Below, piece after piece: positions 60,530-64,000 of a stretch of DNA of 64,000 nucleotides. Below the pieces are notes generated by a model, which saw nothing but the letters and a program-made list of their open reading frames with translations, made no database searches and was not told the DNA's origin. Position 1 is the stretch's first letter; each line of letters begins with the position of its first letter. Both the position numbers and the translations under genes were made by a program. Origin of the DNA: Eutreptiella sp. 'Long Island Sound 2002' (lineage: Eukaryota; Protista; Euglenida); NCBI GenBank assembly GCA_964036045.1, contig OZ038378.1, forward strand, positions 193,502,001 through 193,566,000, in the 5' to 3' direction.

Positions 60530-61156
60530 TCACACATCAGGCGTCATATCAGGCTGAACTTGCCCAACTTTCAGAATGGATGCACTTCCAGGACGGGACC
60601 CAAGCTGGAAGCCCACACCACCGTGCTCAGATCGGTCAAGACCCATGTCCTCCTCCTCTGCTTTCACACGAAGGAGGCCGGTGACTTTCAAGACCCCAAA
60701 CACCAGGGCAGACATCAACCCAACCCACACCATAATTGCAAAAACACCCAGCAATTGCACTCCCAATTGCTCACCACCACCACCGTAAAACAGACCATAA
60801 ACAGTGGGGTCAGACACCCCATAAGCGGAGATCAAATTCTCCTTGGTGCAAAACAGTCCCACCGCAATCACACCCCAAATTCCGCAAGCACCATGGACAC
60901 CGGATGCACAGAGCACATCATCGATCTTCAGCTTCAGAAGCAAACGGGCATAACCATAAAAAACGACACCCCCAATTGCCCCAATTACTGCTGCCGCCCA
61001 TGGTTCAACAACGGAGCAGGGTGCTGTTACAGAGACCAATCCACCAAGAATACCATTCATCATGTAATTCACGTCAAAGTGGCCCATGAAGATACGGCTC
61101 ATCAGCACAGTAGTGATACCACCACAACCAGCAGCCAAAGTAGTAGTCACACAGAC
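60530..61156 (-). CDS. amt: Ammonium transporter copy C, exon 4, with a 4-aa longer C-terminus (GQVQPDMTPDV)
   Basis: Same acceptor as A and B, with a 12-nt in-frame insertion near the stop. Confidence 0.95.
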   Translation of the reverse strand, partial: VCVTTTLAAGCGGITTVLMSRIFMGHFDVNYMMNGILGGLVSVTAPCSVVEPWAAAVIGAIGGVVFYGYARLLLKLKIDDVLCASGVHGACGIWGVIAVGLFCTKENLISAYGVSDPTVYGLFYGGGGEQLGVQLLGVFAIMVWVGLMSALVFGVLKVTGLLRVKAEEEDMGLDRSEHGGVGFQLGSRPGSASILKVGQVQPDMTPDV

Positions 61157-61666
61157 CTGCACACAAGATCACAGTGCACACAACCAATATGTAAAACCAC
61201 TGTGTGGTTTCTGCTGTATTCGGCAGCAACCTTGTGGAGTGATGCCATCACTAGACCCAGAAAGACTCAGCGACACGGTCGCAGCTGTTGTGTTGTTTAC
61301 GTGCACAGTTGAGAAGACAGAAGCAGTGATAGCAAAATAAAGAATCATTGAGGTCCTCACAACCATGTCTCTGGAGGCAGAATCACGCATCACGGCGCCA
61401 AGCGAAAAGTACACAAGCAGTGAATATACAAACCACCAAATTCTGCACCCTAAGCACCTCAGCATGACACCAGGAGTCAACAAATCTCTTTCATTACGTG
61501 AGCGACCGTGCCCTGTCATGATAATGCGAAGGTGATGTAGTTTTTGCTCCTTGTGCGTCTGTGCGTGGCAGGATATGTGACATGTGCGCATGTGTGTATG
61601 CATGCATGCATGGATGAATACATACATATGGATGAAATTCGCCATGGGGCGCATATGCACGCACAC

Positions 61667-61890
61667 CTTAGCGGCAATCAGAGATGCGTTTCCACTCAAC
61701 ATCAGAGTAGAACCAGCGTTGAAGCCGTACCATCCCAACCACAGGATGAGGGTACCAGTGCACAACAACACTTGATTGTGGGGACGATAGCGAGTCTCAC
61801 GGAATTCCTTTTCCTCCTCGCTCTCGCCTGCAGGTCCAAACCGCCCTCGCCGGGGTCCAATGATCAGAGCACCAACGAAGGCACCAACCC
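61667..61890 (-). CDS. amt: Ammonium transporter copy C, exon 3
   Basis: Same boundaries as A (offset 29604). Confidence 0.95.
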
Positions 61891-62042
61891 CTGTGCAGAA
61901 CAGAATAATGAAGGGTCCAGTGGCATGCGACCTGAGAGTCTGAGTACCCTAAATGCACAGTGATGAGCACTGACAGGTGGCAAACCGCAGTGCCGTGGTC
62001 ACAGAACCCGTATTATCACACATGGTGAGGCAACCGACACAC

Positions 62043-62368
62043 CTCCAGTCAAGTGCACTACTCCACTTCCAGCAAAATCGATCATTCCATTGGTTCCAAC
62101 ACGACCAAATGCTGAGGTGTCACAGAAGGCACTGAGCCAGCCAGCGCCGCTCCAGATCCAGTGCACCACCACAGGGTAAATGACAGCAGTCATAGCAATG
62201 GAGACAATAATGTATCCCCCAACAGCACAGCGCTCCGCAACAGCTCCAGAGATGATGGTTGCGGTGGTTGCTGCAAAAGCCCACTGGAAGAACCATCCAG
62301 CAAAGGCGGTGTTGGGGAAGTGTCCGCTGGAGACGAGGAAAAACTCACCGCCGCCGATAAAGACGTTC
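62043..62368 (-). CDS. amt: Ammonium transporter copy C, exon 2 (exon 1 expected beyond the window)
   Basis: Same translation and splice sites as A and B. Confidence 0.93.
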
Positions 62369-64000
62369 CTGCGATGGGACAGGCACACAGCTCATGTAAA
62401 CAAGACCCAGTTGCCTTGATGCAGGTGCTCCACTTGTGGAAAGCAGACGGAACACTTTGAAAAATCTATCGTCTCTGCTTGAAACCAAACTGTCAACATC
62501 TATATGGAGCAGCACTACACCATGCTTCACAATTGTTGTTGCCGTCAGCCTGAAGGCATTTCAAAGAGGGTGGGGGACACGTACCTTGGAAGCTTAGCCC
62601 CCCCAGCCCCCAGCCGCACCCAATGGGCGCGACCTGGGTGAAAACACACAAAATGGGATAAAACATGCTTCACATTGGATATTTCATCATTGTGGGTGGT
62701 CACAACATAAAAAAAATCAGCTCTTGTAAAAGTCTGAATTCTGAAAACTGCAAACTGAAAACTGTTGTGCGCCGGTCCCTTCAGACAGACACCCCCTACA
62801 CCAACTGGCCAAATGGCGTGAAAACCATATCACAAACGTCTTAAACATGCTTCACATGGGATGTTTGATGATTGTGGGTGGTCACAGCTTGGGAAATACG
62901 ATCGCCTTTGGCACTCACCTTGCAGAGAATTACCCACACACCAGTCAAAATGCTCAGAATAAAGTTCTGTGGACATCACCCCCCCCACCACCACTGTTTG
63001 CGCTCCTGTAGAGCTGCAGGGCACTCTACCATTGCAGAATGCTTACACTCCGCACTCAAGGTTATTGCCGCACTCAAGGTTATTGCCGTTTAGATCCTTA
63101 ATTCAATGTGCTGGTGCCACGACCTGCCACCGATGGAGAAACACAGCCAACACAGTGGCGTGGTGGATCGTCTTGAAGGGTGAGGGGCCAATAGGCGCCA
63201 CCAACTGCCGGGAGAGCAGCACCCCCGGCGTGCAAGAATACGGTAACAACACGGAGACCAACAGGTACCACCTTATTCGCTGTATGTCATCTGCCCCCTT
63301 GAATTGAAGCCGTGTGACAGGGGAGTGCAAAGACATAACAACAATGGTGCGCCATGGTGCAGTGCAGGACCTGGCCCTGCTGCATTGTTTTTGGCTGGGC
63401 CTTTTTCTGAAATGCTTTGTATGGTGTCATTGTTGCCACTCAGAGCGTCCTCAATCAAATACATGTGAGGGAGCTGCTGCAGCCATCCCCCCCCCATTGC
63501 GAGAACGACGCGCTAAAATTCCAAAATTTGACGGAAACAATACCTACTGTTGTTCTGACACAGGTGTTGTTTGCGCACACGGCGAGAAGACACAAGCAAT
63601 AAGAGCAAAATCAAGCATCATTGAGTTCGTATCAATCATGTCTTTGGAGGCAGGTCGAAATTAGTTGCTGCAGCGGGCCCGTTGTGGTGAGAAAGGCCGC
63701 AAACGGGGCACTGTAGTGCTGGAAATCTGTCACAAAAAAACAAATATGTGTTGACAACCAACCGTTTGTGATGGAGACAGCTTTGGTGAGGATCCTCATT
63801 CACATTGTGTACACCAGTTCTTACACCTACCCTGGACCCTCGTCTGAAAGTGAAGCAAGGAGCAGAATGGGGCAAGAAAACTGCAAGGGAGGGGCAGCAA
63901 GTGGCAGGACAGAAACCAGCGTCCCCAGAATACCATCCCCAGCCCCAAATCAATGAAAAAACTTGCTCTTCATTGAAAACCGGAAAATGGAACCGCCAAA

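Noticed and set aside
14747-62368. Non-conventional euglenid introns
   Set aside because: Every intron needed for the PP2C and Amt models has GT-AG ends with consistent phases.

Overview
This is eukaryotic nuclear DNA, most likely from a photosynthetic euglenid. That is an inference from a tripartite Euglena-type plastid-targeting presequence, candidate trans-splice acceptors just upstream of start codons, and VIPER/TATE-like retroelements. The host genes I could support all use GT-AG introns. They are: the last exon of a phosphonoacetate hydrolase (PhnA) homologue; a 3-exon, 469-aa PTC7/PBCP-like PP2C phosphatase with a plastid-type presequence and an Asp-to-Asn change at a metal-binding position; and three near-identical tandem Amt ammonium transporter genes (A and B complete at 493 aa, C lacking exon 1 at the window edge). 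The rest is a dense patchwork of mobile DNA. The most striking signal is two highly divergent, inactivated tyrosine-recombinase retrotransposons (7674-12399 and 40176-46232). Both have gene order gag-YR-RT/RNaseH and A1...B1-A2-spacer-B2 split direct repeats. Both reconstruct to the same empty target site, TAGTTCA, and both cross over at an AGTT core that starts the right arm of an inverted repeat formed only at the internal A/B junction. Comparing the three Amt units also exposes insertions, deletions and an inversion with definable ends. All alignments and counts were done by eye and need computational confirmation.
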